DNA of 64,000 nt, taken from the NCBI GenBank assembly GCA_965218975.1, contig OZ244717.1, positions 1,664,001-1,728,000 of the forward strand, read 5' to 3'. Source of the stretch: Candidatus Oxydemutatoraceae bacterium. Lineage in GTDB: Bacteria > Pseudomonadota > Gammaproteobacteria > Poriferisulfidales > Oxydemutatoraceae. A model generated the notes under the pieces. The model was not told the origin of the DNA and made no database searches. It was given only the letters and a program-made list of their open reading frames with translations. This document shows, piece after piece, positions 20,683 to 31,131 of the stretch. Position 1 is the first letter of the stretch, and every line of letters starts with the position of its first letter. A program made the translations under genes and the position numbers.

Positions 20683-21812
20683 TAAACAACCTCGGCGAGC
20701 GCTTCTTGCAACATAGTTAGAAAATGTTGATTGTGTTCGGGCAGACCGACCGTAACACGTAAATACTCCGGCAAATCGTAGTTCTCAACCGGCCGTACAA
20801 TAACTCCTCGTTTTAACAGAAATCGATATACTTCACTGCTCCTCTGCCCAATTTTTATGCATAAAAAATTGGTTCGGCTAGGCAAAACTTTCAGTCCCAT
20901 CGCAGTACATGCCACAGTAACTTCGGCAATGCCGGCATTGTTGACCGCAACGCTACGCACCAAGTGCTCTTCATCCGCCAACGCCGCAAGCGCCGCTTTT
21001 TGCGCTAGTAGATTTACATTGAACGGCTGGCGTATCCGATTCAACAGTTCGGTAATTGCTTTCCCTGCCACCGCATAACCGATACGTAATCCGGCCAAAC
21101 CGAATACTTTAGAAAAAGTCTGCGTTACAATCAGATTCGGAAATTTCTCCAACCATCGGATCGCATTGGGACAGTCATTCGCATATTCAATATAAGCCTG
21201 ATCAATCACCACTACACAAGATAATGGTACTTTTCGTAAAAAAATCTCAATCGCATCATAGTCAAGCCAGGTTCCGGTCGGGTTATTAGGATTCGCAATA
21301 AATACCATGCGTGTTTTCGGAGTAATCTGCGCCGCCATCGTAGTTAAATCATGTCCGTATGGCATTGTCGCATCAGCCGATTGCGCTGCAGCAGTTTTCG
21401 CATTCGCACCGCAAATGGCTGTCGTTAACGAGTACACAGCGAACGCGTGTTCAGCATACACTGCCTCGTCTTCCGGATGTAAAAAGCAGCGCCCGGCCAG
21501 TTCCAATATCTCATTGGAACCGTTCCCCAAAGTAATATGCTCTGCGGTAGTATGCAAACGTTCGGCAATTGCTTGACGCAATTCTAAATCGCTGCCTTCA
21601 GGATAAAACATCACCTGGTCGGCATATTGACGAATTGCCCGTATCGCCATAGGCGAGGGGCCAAACAAGTTTTCATTGGAGGCAAGCTTCACAATCCGAT
21701 CGGGAGGCAATTGATATTCGCGGCCGAATTCAGTCAACGATTTACCGGGAATATAAGGCCGGACCGCTGCGAGCTCCGCACGGCAATAATCTTGCGGATT
21801 ATATTGTTTCAT
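20682..21812 (-). CDS. hisC: Histidinol-phosphate aminotransferase
   Basis: KLASNEN, NPNNPTG, TFSKVFGLAGLRIGY. Confidence 0.93.
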   Translation of the reverse strand: MKQYNPQDYCRAELAAVRPYIPGKSLTEFGREYQLPPDRIVKLASNENLFGPSPMAIRAIRQYADQVMFYPEGSDLELRQAIAERLHTTAEHITLGNGSNEILELAGRCFLHPEDEAVYAEHAFAVYSLTTAICGANAKTAAAQSADATMPYGHDLTTMAAQITPKTRMVFIANPNNPTGTWLDYDAIEIFLRKVPLSCVVVIDQAYIEYANDCPNAIRWLEKFPNLIVTQTFSKVFGLAGLRIGYAVAGKAITELLNRIRQPFNVNLLAQKAALAALADEEHLVRSVAVNNAGIAEVTVACTAMGLKVLPSRTNFLCIKIGQRSSEVYRFLLKRGVIVRPVENYDLPEYLRVTVGLPEHNQHFLTMLQEALAEVV

Positions 21813-22911
21813 TGCCTATTTTCGGACTCAAATCACTGCGCGGATAAGAGCCCAATAATTTAAATAAGTTTGCGCTTTTTCCTAATTGTTTTAATGCCGA
21901 TTGCAGCGGAACGCATTCGGCATGCCCTTCAACATCAATGAAAAAAACATATTCCCAATTGGCTGTTCTCGTCGGACGCGATTCAATGCGAGTCATACTG
22001 ATATCGTGGTCGGCAAATATCTTTAATAGGCGCGCCAGCGCACCGGGGCGATTTTTCGTTGATACTAATACACTCGTTTTGTCATATCCGGACGGCGGCA
22101 CTACGTGACAACCGATTACCAAAAACCGTGTCACATTATCTGCATGGTCTTCTATATTCTTGTACAAAGCATGCAGTCCATAATACTCAATTGCGTTTTT
22201 ACTAGCGATTGCGGCACTTTTAGAGGTTTTTTGTGTCAATAATGCTGCGGCAGCGGTACTAGACACTTCAACTTGTTTGCAATGCGGACAATAATCCTGC
22301 AACCATTGGCGGCATTGCGCAAAAGACTGCCTATGCGAATAAATCGTCTCTACTTGCGCCAACATCTCTTCCTTGCTAACCAAATAATGATGGATATATA
22401 ACTGCACTTCGCCCACAATTTTTAGCGGCGAACAAATAAACTGATCTAAGGTGTGGCTTACGATGCCTTCGGTTGAGTTTTCTACCGGCACCACGCCATA
22501 TTCAATCGTCCCTCTTTCGATCTGCCTAAAAACCTCTTCAATGCTGTCATAACTTTGCGCTCGCACCGAATGTCCAAAGTGCTTTAATGTTGCTTGTTGA
22601 GTAAATGTTGCCTCCGGACCTAAGAACCCGACTAGCATTTTCTTTTCAAGCGCCAAACATGCCGACATAATTTCCTGAAACAAACGGCTGACTTCTTCAT
22701 CGCTTAATGGCCCCGGGTTTGCCGCACGAATTCGTCTTAAAATTACCGCCTCACGTTCAGAACGATAAAATGATGCCTTAAGGGATTCGTTTTGTTTTTC
22801 CCGAGCGATATCGGAAGCATACTGGGCACGCATATTGAGAATGCGCAGCAACTCATCGTCCAATGCATCAATTTTGGTGCGCAATGCTGAAATTGTCTTT
22901 TGCTTTGACAT
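21799..22911 (-). CDS. pheA: Chorismate mutase/prephenate dehydratase
   Basis: N-terminal CM domain, FLGPEATF, PVENSTEG, NVTRF, ACT domain (IESRP). Confidence 0.95.
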   Translation of the reverse strand: MSKQKTISALRTKIDALDDELLRILNMRAQYASDIAREKQNESLKASFYRSEREAVILRRIRAANPGPLSDEEVSRLFQEIMSACLALEKKMLVGFLGPEATFTQQATLKHFGHSVRAQSYDSIEEVFRQIERGTIEYGVVPVENSTEGIVSHTLDQFICSPLKIVGEVQLYIHHYLVSKEEMLAQVETIYSHRQSFAQCRQWLQDYCPHCKQVEVSSTAAAALLTQKTSKSAAIASKNAIEYYGLHALYKNIEDHADNVTRFLVIGCHVVPPSGYDKTSVLVSTKNRPGALARLLKIFADHDISMTRIESRPTRTANWEYVFFIDVEGHAECVPLQSALKQLGKSANLFKLLGSYPRSDLSPKIGNETI

Positions 22912-22917
22912 ATTCCC

Positions 22918-24000
22918 TTAAACGGCGCGTTCAAATTCACGCATAAATTCAACTAATGTTTCCGCCCCCTCTATCGGCAGGGCATTATATAAACTTGCGC
23001 GAATTCCACCAACCACCCGATGCCCGCGCAGACCTAACAGACCTTGCGCTTCACTCTGTTCAACAAACTTTTTCTCTAAATTAGCCGGCTTTATTCGAAA
23101 GTGTACATTACATCCGGAACGGAACGGTTTTGCAACCGAGTTCATATAGATTGAAGAGTTATCGATGCAGTTGTATACAAGCGCTGCCCGCTTCCGGTAA
23201 CGGCGAGCCATCTCTTTAATGCCGCCTTGTCGTACGCTCCATGCCAGCATCAAACCGCATACATACCAAGCAAAAATTGGCGGTGTGTTGTAACGTGAAC
23301 CAGCGGTTGCTTGCGTTGTATAATTCTCCCATGCGGGCAAGTGCTGATGACTGTGCCCTAATAAATCGTTACGTAAAATAACAATTGTAATACCCGCGAT
23401 CCCGGCATTTTTTTGCGCACCTGCATACGCCACACCAAACTTTTTCCAGTCAATTTTCCGTGTCAGAAAATTAGAGGTCATATCGCTAACCAAAGGACTA
23501 TCGGAACAAAAGTATTTTTCCGGCAGCTCAAACCCGGTCAGAGTTTCATTGCTTACAAAATGGCAATATGCCGCCGACTCGGAATATTGCCAATCGGTGG
23601 GAGGATCCAACCAAAGAGAACCTTCGCGCTGCTTGACGGACGCAATAACATTTACGGACCCATAAGCATGCGCTTGTTCAATAGCGCGCTTTGACCAATA
23701 CCCGGTATCGACATAATCCATCACCGTGCCGCTCGGCCATAGGTTCATAGGCACCATAGCATATTGCGCCGTCGCACCTCCCGCAAGAAATAAAACGCTA
23801 TAATCGGAGGGAACATCCAACAAATAACGTAAATCTTGCTCTGCCTGTTCCGCTATGCAACAAAATTCGGGAGTACGGTGCCTTAATTCAAGTAACGGCA
23901 CTTGCGCAGGACTATGGTCCAAAGCATCGCGAACCTGCTGATGAACTTCCGGCGGAAGAATTGCCGGTCCGGGACTATAATTGTATAAGCAAGCGCACAT
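22918..24000 (-). CDS. serC: Phosphoserine aminotransferase
   Basis: NYSPGPA, GGATAQ, AGAQKNAG, NTPP, GHRVVGGIRASLYNA. Confidence 0.95.
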   Translation of the reverse strand: MCACLYNYSPGPAILPPEVHQQVRDALDHSPAQVPLLELRHRTPEFCCIAEQAEQDLRYLLDVPSDYSVLFLAGGATAQYAMVPMNLWPSGTVMDYVDTGYWSKRAIEQAHAYGSVNVIASVKQREGSLWLDPPTDWQYSESAAYCHFVSNETLTGFELPEKYFCSDSPLVSDMTSNFLTRKIDWKKFGVAYAGAQKNAGIAGITIVILRNDLLGHSHQHLPAWENYTTQATAGSRYNTPPIFAWYVCGLMLAWSVRQGGIKEMARRYRKRAALVYNCIDNSSIYMNSVAKPFRSGCNVHFRIKPANLEKKFVEQSEAQGLLGLRGHRVVGGIRASLYNALPIEGAETLVEFMREFERAV

Positions 24001-24070
24001 GATGTTAGTGTCGGTAAACCGGCAGTTCCATACGATTGAGCAAACCCTACTCTTACTGCGATAAAAATAT

Positions 24071-26707
24071 TTAGTCGGCGCTTGTCATGCCGTTTGTCGA
24101 GTTGTTTTCTCCGGTTATCTCTTCACTCATTTCCTCTACAATGTTGGGAACTTTTTCCGCTTCGACCAATCGCTCATTAGTAACCGAATTTAAGCGGATC
24201 AGTCGCACTCCTTGTGTATTGCGGCTTACGCATGAGATATCTTTAACTTTGGTGCGTACCAAAGTTCCATTGGTCGTAATCAACATGATTTCATCATCAT
24301 TATCGACCAGGATCGCGTTTACGGCAATGCCATTGCGCTCACTTGTTTTGATCGCGATAACGCCGGCGGTATTGCGGTTGTGCGAAGAAAATTCGCTGAG
24401 ATTAGTGCGTTTGCCATAACCGTTGGCGCAAGCGATCAATATATCACTTGCGGATTCTTTCGAATCAAAGCAGATTAGCGAAATGACTTCGGCGCCGGAT
24501 TTAAGCTTGATGCCGCGATTCCCTTTTGCATTCCGTCCCATCGGACGTAATTTTGATTCATGAAACCTCACCGCTTTGCCATTGTCACTAAATAACATGA
24601 CTTCATGATTGCCGTCGGTCAATGCGACGGCAACTAATTGATCCTCGGGCTCCAATCTAATAGCTAATTTTCCTTTGGATCTTTGGATCACAAAAGCGGA
24701 TAATGGTATTTTCTTGACAATCCCCTGTTGTGTCGCCATTAAAACAAAACGATCCTGCGCAAAATTCTTGACCGGCAATACCGCACTGATCCTTTCCTTT
24801 TCAGACAGATGCAATAAATTAACAATCGGCTTGCCGCGAGCGGCACGGCTGGCTTGAGGCAGACAATGCACTTTCAGCCAATAAACTCTGCCTAAAGTAG
24901 AAAAACATAATAAGGTATCGTGAGTGCCGGCAATAAAAAGACTTTCGATAAAATCTTCCTCTTTCATCGCTGTTGCCGTTTTACCTTTGCCACCACGTTT
25001 CTGCGCCCGGTAATTACTCATATCTTGACGTTTCACATATCCCTGACGTGAAAAAGTTACGACCGTATCTTCCTCAGTGATTAAATCTTCAATGGACAAA
25101 TCACCCGTATAATCAAGAATTTCCGTACGCCGGGAATCACCGTACTTTTCTTTTAGCTCGGATAATTCGCTACGAATCACTTGCATCAACGTATCCGGAT
25201 CAGATAAAGTTTTCAACAGCGTTTTGATTTCTTCAATTAAAATTTTATAATCAGAAACAATCTTATCTTGTTCCAACGCAGTCAATCGGTGCAAGCGCAG
25301 ATCAAGGATCGCCTGTGCCTGCACATCAGACAGATAATATTTGCCGTCGCGCAATCCGAAATTTGAACTTAAATCCTCGGGGCGAGTCATCGCCGCGCTA
25401 ATAGCATGATCGTCTTCACTCGTCTGCCCCCGTTCAAGCATGCCAATTACTTCGCCGGGCTTCCAAGCTTTTTTGACGAGCTCTTGCTTCGCTATTGGCG
25501 GAGATTGAGACGCTTTAATCAATGCAATCACTTTATCAATATTGGCCAATGCAACTGCCTGAGCTTCCAAGATGTGTAACCGATTACGCGCTTTTTGCAA
25601 TTCAAATATGGAGCGGCGGGTAACAACATCACGCCGATGCCGGACAAACGCTGAAATTACTTGCTTCAGATTCGCCAATACAGGCTGACCATTATCAAGC
25701 ACCACCATGTTAACATTGAAAGAGTTTTGTAGCGCCGTATGCCGGTACAAATTGTTTAATATGACGCCGCTAATTTCACCGCGTTTGAGTTCAATGACAA
25801 CGCGGATTCCTTCCTTGTTGGACTCATCGCGTAATTCAGAAATTCCCTCAATCCGTTTACTTTTAACCAGTTCGGCAATCTTCTCGAGCAAGCGTGCTTT
25901 ATTGACTATATACGGCAATTCGGTAACGACGATTCTTTCACTACTGCCATTTTTGGCGCTCTCAGTATGGCACCGCGCACGCATCACAATGCGTCCGCGC
26001 CCAGTTCGGTAGGCTTCATAGATTCCTTGCCGATTACAAATCAATCCGGCCGTTGGAAAGTCAGGACCAGGCAATGACTGCATTAAAGCATCAATGTCAA
26101 TTTCAGGGTTGTCAATCAATGCCAGCGTCGTATCAATCACTTCATTTAAATTATGCGGCGGAATATTTGTTGCCATTCCAACAGCGATACCGGATGAACC
26201 GTTAACCAAAAGATTGGGAATCTTCGTCGGGAGTACTGTCGGCTCTTGCTCGGAGTTGTCATAATTGGGAATGGAATCAACTGTGTTTTTATTAATATCG
26301 ACAAGCAAGTCATGAGCAATTTTTGCCATACGAACTTCGGTGTAACGCATCGCTGCCGGCGCATCACCGTCAATTGAACCGAAGTTCCCCTGCCCGTCAA
26401 CCAACATATAGCGCATCGAAAAAGTCTGTGCCATGCGCACGATGGTATCGTACACCGCCGCATCGCCGTGCGGATGGTATTTTCCAATGACATCGCCGAC
26501 CACACGGGCGGATTTTTTGTACGGTTTGTTCCATTCGTTACCCAACTCATGCATCGCGTATAAAGCGCGACGATGTACCGGCTTTAATCCGTCTCTGACA
26601 TCGGGTAATGCACGCCCGATAATCACGCTCATCGCATAATCTAAATAAGAGCGGCGTAACTCATCAACCAGATTAACCGGAATGATTTCTTCGGCAAACT
26701 CTTCCAT
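24071..26707 (-). CDS. gyrA: DNA gyrase subunit A
   Basis: [21 protein letters not shown], GyrA box QKRGGKG. Confidence 0.98.
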   Translation of the reverse strand: MEEFAEEIIPVNLVDELRRSYLDYAMSVIIGRALPDVRDGLKPVHRRALYAMHELGNEWNKPYKKSARVVGDVIGKYHPHGDAAVYDTIVRMAQTFSMRYMLVDGQGNFGSIDGDAPAAMRYTEVRMAKIAHDLLVDINKNTVDSIPNYDNSEQEPTVLPTKIPNLLVNGSSGIAVGMATNIPPHNLNEVIDTTLALIDNPEIDIDALMQSLPGPDFPTAGLICNRQGIYEAYRTGRGRIVMRARCHTESAKNGSSERIVVTELPYIVNKARLLEKIAELVKSKRIEGISELRDESNKEGIRVVIELKRGEISGVILNNLYRHTALQNSFNVNMVVLDNGQPVLANLKQVISAFVRHRRDVVTRRSIFELQKARNRLHILEAQAVALANIDKVIALIKASQSPPIAKQELVKKAWKPGEVIGMLERGQTSEDDHAISAAMTRPEDLSSNFGLRDGKYYLSDVQAQAILDLRLHRLTALEQDKIVSDYKILIEEIKTLLKTLSDPDTLMQVIRSELSELKEKYGDSRRTEILDYTGDLSIEDLITEEDTVVTFSRQGYVKRQDMSNYRAQKRGGKGKTATAMKEEDFIESLFIAGTHDTLLCFSTLGRVYWLKVHCLPQASRAARGKPIVNLLHLSEKERISAVLPVKNFAQDRFVLMATQQGIVKKIPLSAFVIQRSKGKLAIRLEPEDQLVAVALTDGNHEVMLFSDNGKAVRFHESKLRPMGRNAKGNRGIKLKSGAEVISLICFDSKESASDILIACANGYGKRTNLSEFSSHNRNTAGVIAIKTSERNGIAVNAILVDNDDEIMLITTNGTLVRTKVKDISCVSRNTQGVRLIRLNSVTNERLVEAEKVPNIVEEMSEEITGENNSTNGMTSAD

Positions 26708-27158
26708 AGTGCGTTTCTATTGCAGAACCCTTGGTGATGTAAAACAAGCCTATTAATTAGGAATATTTTATTGTTCATATTTTATCACGAAACACTTCTT
26801 ACCGAACGAAAATTTGCACTCAAAATTTGATGACACCCAGCTATTTTCATCCGCAAACGACAACGAAAGTGATAACCATTACTTCACTTGGCAGCCTTTC
26901 CCATTAGTAACAAGAAAAATCCATTGATCGCACAAAAGTGCTTTCTCCGCACGATCTATGAATATTCAACAATTGTTGGAGACTAAATGGCCCTCCTAGA
27001 ATTAAACAAGTGAAGATTCACAACATTGAAGAGCGACTTCCAGGCCGCTTTTCCATTTTTATGGTTCCTCTAAATCTTTAGGCTATTGATTCTTCGCTTT
27101 CTAAAATTTTGAATCTGTGACAAGAAAGTACTTTGAACGAATCCGGTATAATACTCTT

Positions 27159-27875
27159 ATGATGGTCATTCGCTCCGCAAACAGTTTAGACTCCGACGAA
27201 GTTAGAAAATTTGAGCAAATTGCCGCAGATTGGTGGAACCCAAGCGGAGCATTTAAGCCGCTTCATCAAATCAATCCCCTGCGTATGCAATATATTCGAG
27301 AACATGCCTCTTTAAGCAGAAAGCATGTGCTGGATGTCGGTTGCGGCGGCGGATTACTGTGTGAAGCAATGGCACGGGATGGTGCAGACGTCACCGGCAT
27401 TGATGCCGGCGCCAACACTATTGCCGCGGCAAAACTGCACTTGCAAGAATCAAAGCTGAATATATACTATCAACGACAAACTGCAGAGCAGCTGGCAGAA
27501 ACTTCGACGGCGAGCTACGACATTGTTACTTGCTTTGAATTACTCGAGCATGTCACCGACCCGACGATTGTCATTGCTGCTTGCGCACATTTAGTGAAGC
27601 CCGCAGGCCATGTATTTTTCTCAACGATCAATCGTAATTTAAAGTCATTCTTAGGCGCTATTGTTGCCGGCGAATATATTTTTCGCTTGCTGCCAAAAGG
27701 AACTCACAATTATCACAAATTAATCAAACCTTCCGAATTAACCGATGCCGCACGCAAAGCCGGTTTGCACGCAACAGATTATACGGGTATCGGTTATAAC
27801 CCGTTGCTGCGCAATTATCATATGACTTCCAACATAGATATTAATTATTTAGTGCATTTTGTAAAGCCGAGATGA
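27159..27875 (+). CDS. ubiG: Ubiquinone biosynthesis O-methyltransferase
   Basis: WWNPSGAFKPLHQINPLR, VLDVGCGGG, ELLEHV, FFSTINR, KGTH. Confidence 0.95.
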   Translation: MMVIRSANSLDSDEVRKFEQIAADWWNPSGAFKPLHQINPLRMQYIREHASLSRKHVLDVGCGGGLLCEAMARDGADVTGIDAGANTIAAAKLHLQESKLNIYYQRQTAEQLAETSTASYDIVTCFELLEHVTDPTIVIAACAHLVKPAGHVFFSTINRNLKSFLGAIVAGEYIFRLLPKGTHNYHKLIKPSELTDAARKAGLHATDYTGIGYNPLLRNYHMTSNIDINYLVHFVKPR

Positions 27876-28540
27876 GTGCAAGAGCGGTTTTGTTTGATTT
27901 GGACGGCACGCTTGCCGACACCGCGCGTGACATGGCTGTTGTGCTAAACCGCTTGATAGACGAGGAAGACGGGCAAAAAATAACCTACGAAGAATTCTGC
28001 CGCCATCTGTCGCAAGGAGCCCGCGGCATAGTGCGATTTGCCTTTGGTGGTCAAGCGGATAAAACCAAAGAGCAACGGCTGCTTGCGCGTTTTTTAGAGC
28101 TATATGCTGCAAACTTGTGCGTCAATACTTGTTTGTTTCCTGAAGTTAAAACGACGCTGCGCGAATTAACGCGCTGCGGAACCATCTGGGGCGTAGTAAC
28201 CAACAAAAATCAGGTATACGCCGAACCGTTACTCGCGCAACTCGGTATTAGCCCGTATGCGGCATGCCAAGTATATGGGGATACAACTCCTAACAAAAAG
28301 CCTAGTCCCGACCCTTTGATTTACGCGGCAAAAGAAATCCGCCATAAGCCTGAAACCTGCTTTTACGTCGGTGACAGTGCGCATGACGTCCAAGCGGCAT
28401 CCACAGCGGGAATGCAACCCGTTTTTGCTACCTACGGCTATGGCCGCAAGTCGTTCGATGAAAATAACTCACCGGATTGCCGACTATTACATCACTTCGG
28501 TGAATTGCCGCAACTACTTTCGAGTTGGGAACAAAATTAA
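27872..28540 (+). CDS. gph: HAD-family phosphatase (phosphoglycolate phosphatase / MupP-like)
   Basis: FDLDGTLADT, VTNK, KPSPDP, YVGD...D; follows ubiG. Confidence 0.8.
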   Translation: MSARAVLFDLDGTLADTARDMAVVLNRLIDEEDGQKITYEEFCRHLSQGARGIVRFAFGGQADKTKEQRLLARFLELYAANLCVNTCLFPEVKTTLRELTRCGTIWGVVTNKNQVYAEPLLAQLGISPYAACQVYGDTTPNKKPSPDPLIYAAKEIRHKPETCFYVGDSAHDVQAASTAGMQPVFATYGYGRKSFDENNSPDCRLLHHFGELPQLLSSWEQN

Positions 28541-28541
28541 C

Positions 28542-29759
28542 ATGGACGTACCGACTATCGTCATTGTCGCTGTAGCGGGTGTAACCATCGGTGCAGGTGC
28601 CATCGGATTGATTGCACGTTACTTGCTAAAGAAGCAGGCTACAATGCAGCAAAATTTGCCGCAGGAACTGCAAAATGTATTCAAAGCATTATCCGGCGAT
28701 GCTTTGGAAAATAATAACAGGATTTTTCTAGCGCTGGCCGAACAAAATTTAAAAACCCTGCATAGTAAAGCCGATGCAAGCCTGCAGCAACGCGAGCAGT
28801 CGGTGCAGAATTTAGTCCGACCGATCCGAGAGGCGCTTGAAAAAACAGAACAGCAAATTCGAGAAATAGAAAAAGAACGGAAAGGCGCATTCGGTTCAAT
28901 TGCCAAGCAACTGGAGTTGACCGCAGACGCGCAAAACAAGCTACGCGAAGAAACCCAGCACTTGACTCAAGCATTAAAACAACCTCAGGTGCGCGGTCGC
29001 TGGGGAGAGCTCACTCTACATCGCCTTGCCGAGCTTGCCGGCATGGTTGAATATTGTGATTTTGATGAGCAAGTACATATTAGCACCGACGATGGTCATT
29101 CATTGCGCCCCGACGTCATCGTGCACATGCCGAATAAACGCATTGTGGTCATTGATGCAAAAACACCCCTCAGCGCATATCTTGAAGCTTTTGAAACTCA
29201 ACAAGAAGACGAACAAAAAACCCTGCTGAAAAAACATGCCCAAAATATCTATGCGCGAGTAAAGGATTTATCGGCAAAATCTTATGCGCAGCAATTCCAG
29301 CATGCTTTAGATTTCATTGTGCTATTCCTGCCCGCCGATCAATTTTTATCCGCCGCACTAAAATACGAGCCGGACTTGATTGATCAGGCATTGCAAAAAG
29401 AGGTCATACTGGCAACTCCCGCCAGTTTAATCGCATTATTGCGGGTTATTGCATTCGGATGGCGCGAGAAATCATTGGCGGAAAACGCACAGGAAATCCA
29501 GAGACTAAGCGAGGAATTATGCGACCGTTTCAGAGTTTTCTCCGAACACTTGGAAGCAGTGGGGAAAGGAATTAACAATAGCGTTCAAAACTATAATAAT
29601 GCGGTACGCTCGTTTGAAAGCCGGTTGATGCCAAGCGCGCGCAAGTTGAATGAACTGGGCATAGACAAAGCGAAAGACATCAAAGGTTTGCACCAAATTG
29701 AAACACAAGCCGCCAATCCGTCGCTGCCGGATGATCGCCCGGATGACCACTATGGCTGA
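28542..29759 (+). CDS. rmuC: DNA recombination protein RmuC
   Basis: N-terminal TM, coiled coil, RGRWGE, RPDVIVHMP, VIDAKTP, LATPASL. Start re-assigned to ATG 28542. Confidence 0.93.
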   Translation: MDVPTIVIVAVAGVTIGAGAIGLIARYLLKKQATMQQNLPQELQNVFKALSGDALENNNRIFLALAEQNLKTLHSKADASLQQREQSVQNLVRPIREALEKTEQQIREIEKERKGAFGSIAKQLELTADAQNKLREETQHLTQALKQPQVRGRWGELTLHRLAELAGMVEYCDFDEQVHISTDDGHSLRPDVIVHMPNKRIVVIDAKTPLSAYLEAFETQQEDEQKTLLKKHAQNIYARVKDLSAKSYAQQFQHALDFIVLFLPADQFLSAALKYEPDLIDQALQKEVILATPASLIALLRVIAFGWREKSLAENAQEIQRLSEELCDRFRVFSEHLEAVGKGINNSVQNYNNAVRSFESRLMPSARKLNELGIDKAKDIKGLHQIETQAANPSLPDDRPDDHYG

Positions 29760-29947
29760 GAATAAATAAAAGGTAACCACTACACCGACATCGGCCTCGT
29801 CAGCGCATCGTTCAGACGGTTTGATTTACTTAATCGGCTGGTGTCGTCATGCTAACGATCCCTATCAACCGCCGCTGCATACGCGGTTTAGAAATCCATA
29901 CAGATTAAAAAACCTTCGGTTGCCTTTACTTAATTGAGAAAAATAAA

Positions 29948-31060
29948 TCAACCGACGCCACTGAAAACAGCAGGCACAAACAACTTATGCATTAACGCTG
30001 CACGATTCCTCACGCCCATTTTCCCGAAAATGCTGGCGACTTGATTATTTAAGGTAGCTGTGCTCTTGCAGCGCTTATCGGCAATCTCCTTAATTGACAA
30101 CCCCTGCACCAAATCAAGGCAAAGGCTTGCCTCAATCTTGGTCAAACCATACAACTTTATCAACGGCTCGGGTGATTGCGCCTTAAACCCGCGCGGATCT
30201 AATATTAATACAGCAACACTTGCTTGAACATACATTAAATTGTCATGTTGTATATTGAGCGGGAAAACCTGAACGTCAAGCGTCTCGGTTTCCGACTGCA
30301 ATTTGACTGCGCCCATCCTGGGATTGGCGCCTTTGGCATGGTGGATTAATTTTTGCAGCTGCTGAGTCTGCTCTGAGTTCGCGGCTGTCAAACCTGCGCC
30401 ACTGATACGCAGCAGCGGGTAACGCTTTAATATGTCATTTGCCGTATTGTTAACCAACAAGGGATGACCTTCGGAAGTCAACAGAATGACCCCCACTCCC
30501 AAAGACTCAAAACCGGATGATAAAACCTTGGTAACCGCGCTTTGTTCGGACAATTTGCTGTGTAAAAGCATTGCCTGTCTCACATGCGGGGCGATTCTCT
30601 TCAAAAACATCATCGCTGAATCACTAAACGGCTTGTTTTTGCCTAATTGAACGGCAAACGTAACGATGTTTTGATCATTGATCTTGAAAGAAAAAGCGGC
30701 TCTGGTATAAATACTATAGGGGCCAATAAAATCTTCTTCGTATTCTTTGCAATACAGCGATTGGTCCATACGTATCAATTCATCGCTCTGAGCTATCATA
30801 TTTAATGTTTTATGGCTAGTCTTTGCCAGCACGTCTAAGTTTCTGTAGTATCTTTCATACTCTCGTAACGCTTCCGGATTCGGATTATGCGATGCTACTA
30901 CGTCAATTTTTCCTGTGGGTATGTGGTTGACTATCAATCCTGCCGACATCGCGTTCATGCTGGAAACCGCTGCGTTAAGCACCGACGAAAGAGGTTCCGG
31001 ACTAGCGATTGAGGTATAAATATTCTCAATCGTTTTAATCAGATCAGACTCACGCCACAT
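29948..31060 (-). CDS. LuxR-type HTH transcriptional regulator with N-terminal GAF/PAS-like sensor region
   Basis: C-terminal YGLTKIEA..LVQGLSIKEIA..STATLNNQVASIFGKMGV.RAAL; PAS-like GVILL....PLLVN.AA segment. Confidence 0.85.
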   Translation of the reverse strand: MWRESDLIKTIENIYTSIASPEPLSSVLNAAVSSMNAMSAGLIVNHIPTGKIDVVASHNPNPEALREYERYYRNLDVLAKTSHKTLNMIAQSDELIRMDQSLYCKEYEEDFIGPYSIYTRAAFSFKINDQNIVTFAVQLGKNKPFSDSAMMFLKRIAPHVRQAMLLHSKLSEQSAVTKVLSSGFESLGVGVILLTSEGHPLLVNNTANDILKRYPLLRISGAGLTAANSEQTQQLQKLIHHAKGANPRMGAVKLQSETETLDVQVFPLNIQHDNLMYVQASVAVLILDPRGFKAQSPEPLIKLYGLTKIEASLCLDLVQGLSIKEIADKRCKSTATLNNQVASIFGKMGVRNRAALMHKLFVPAVFSGVG

Positions 31061-31131
31061 GTGAGAAATTGTATCGGAATATTCGTTAACAAAATTGGTT
31101 TATCTGAAGTAATTTAGCTTCCTCCTCCCCA

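Noticed and set aside
26708-27158. ncRNA or pseudogene in the gyrA-ubiG spacer (also 52827-53256)
   Set aside because: No recognisable riboswitch, structure or coding remnant.
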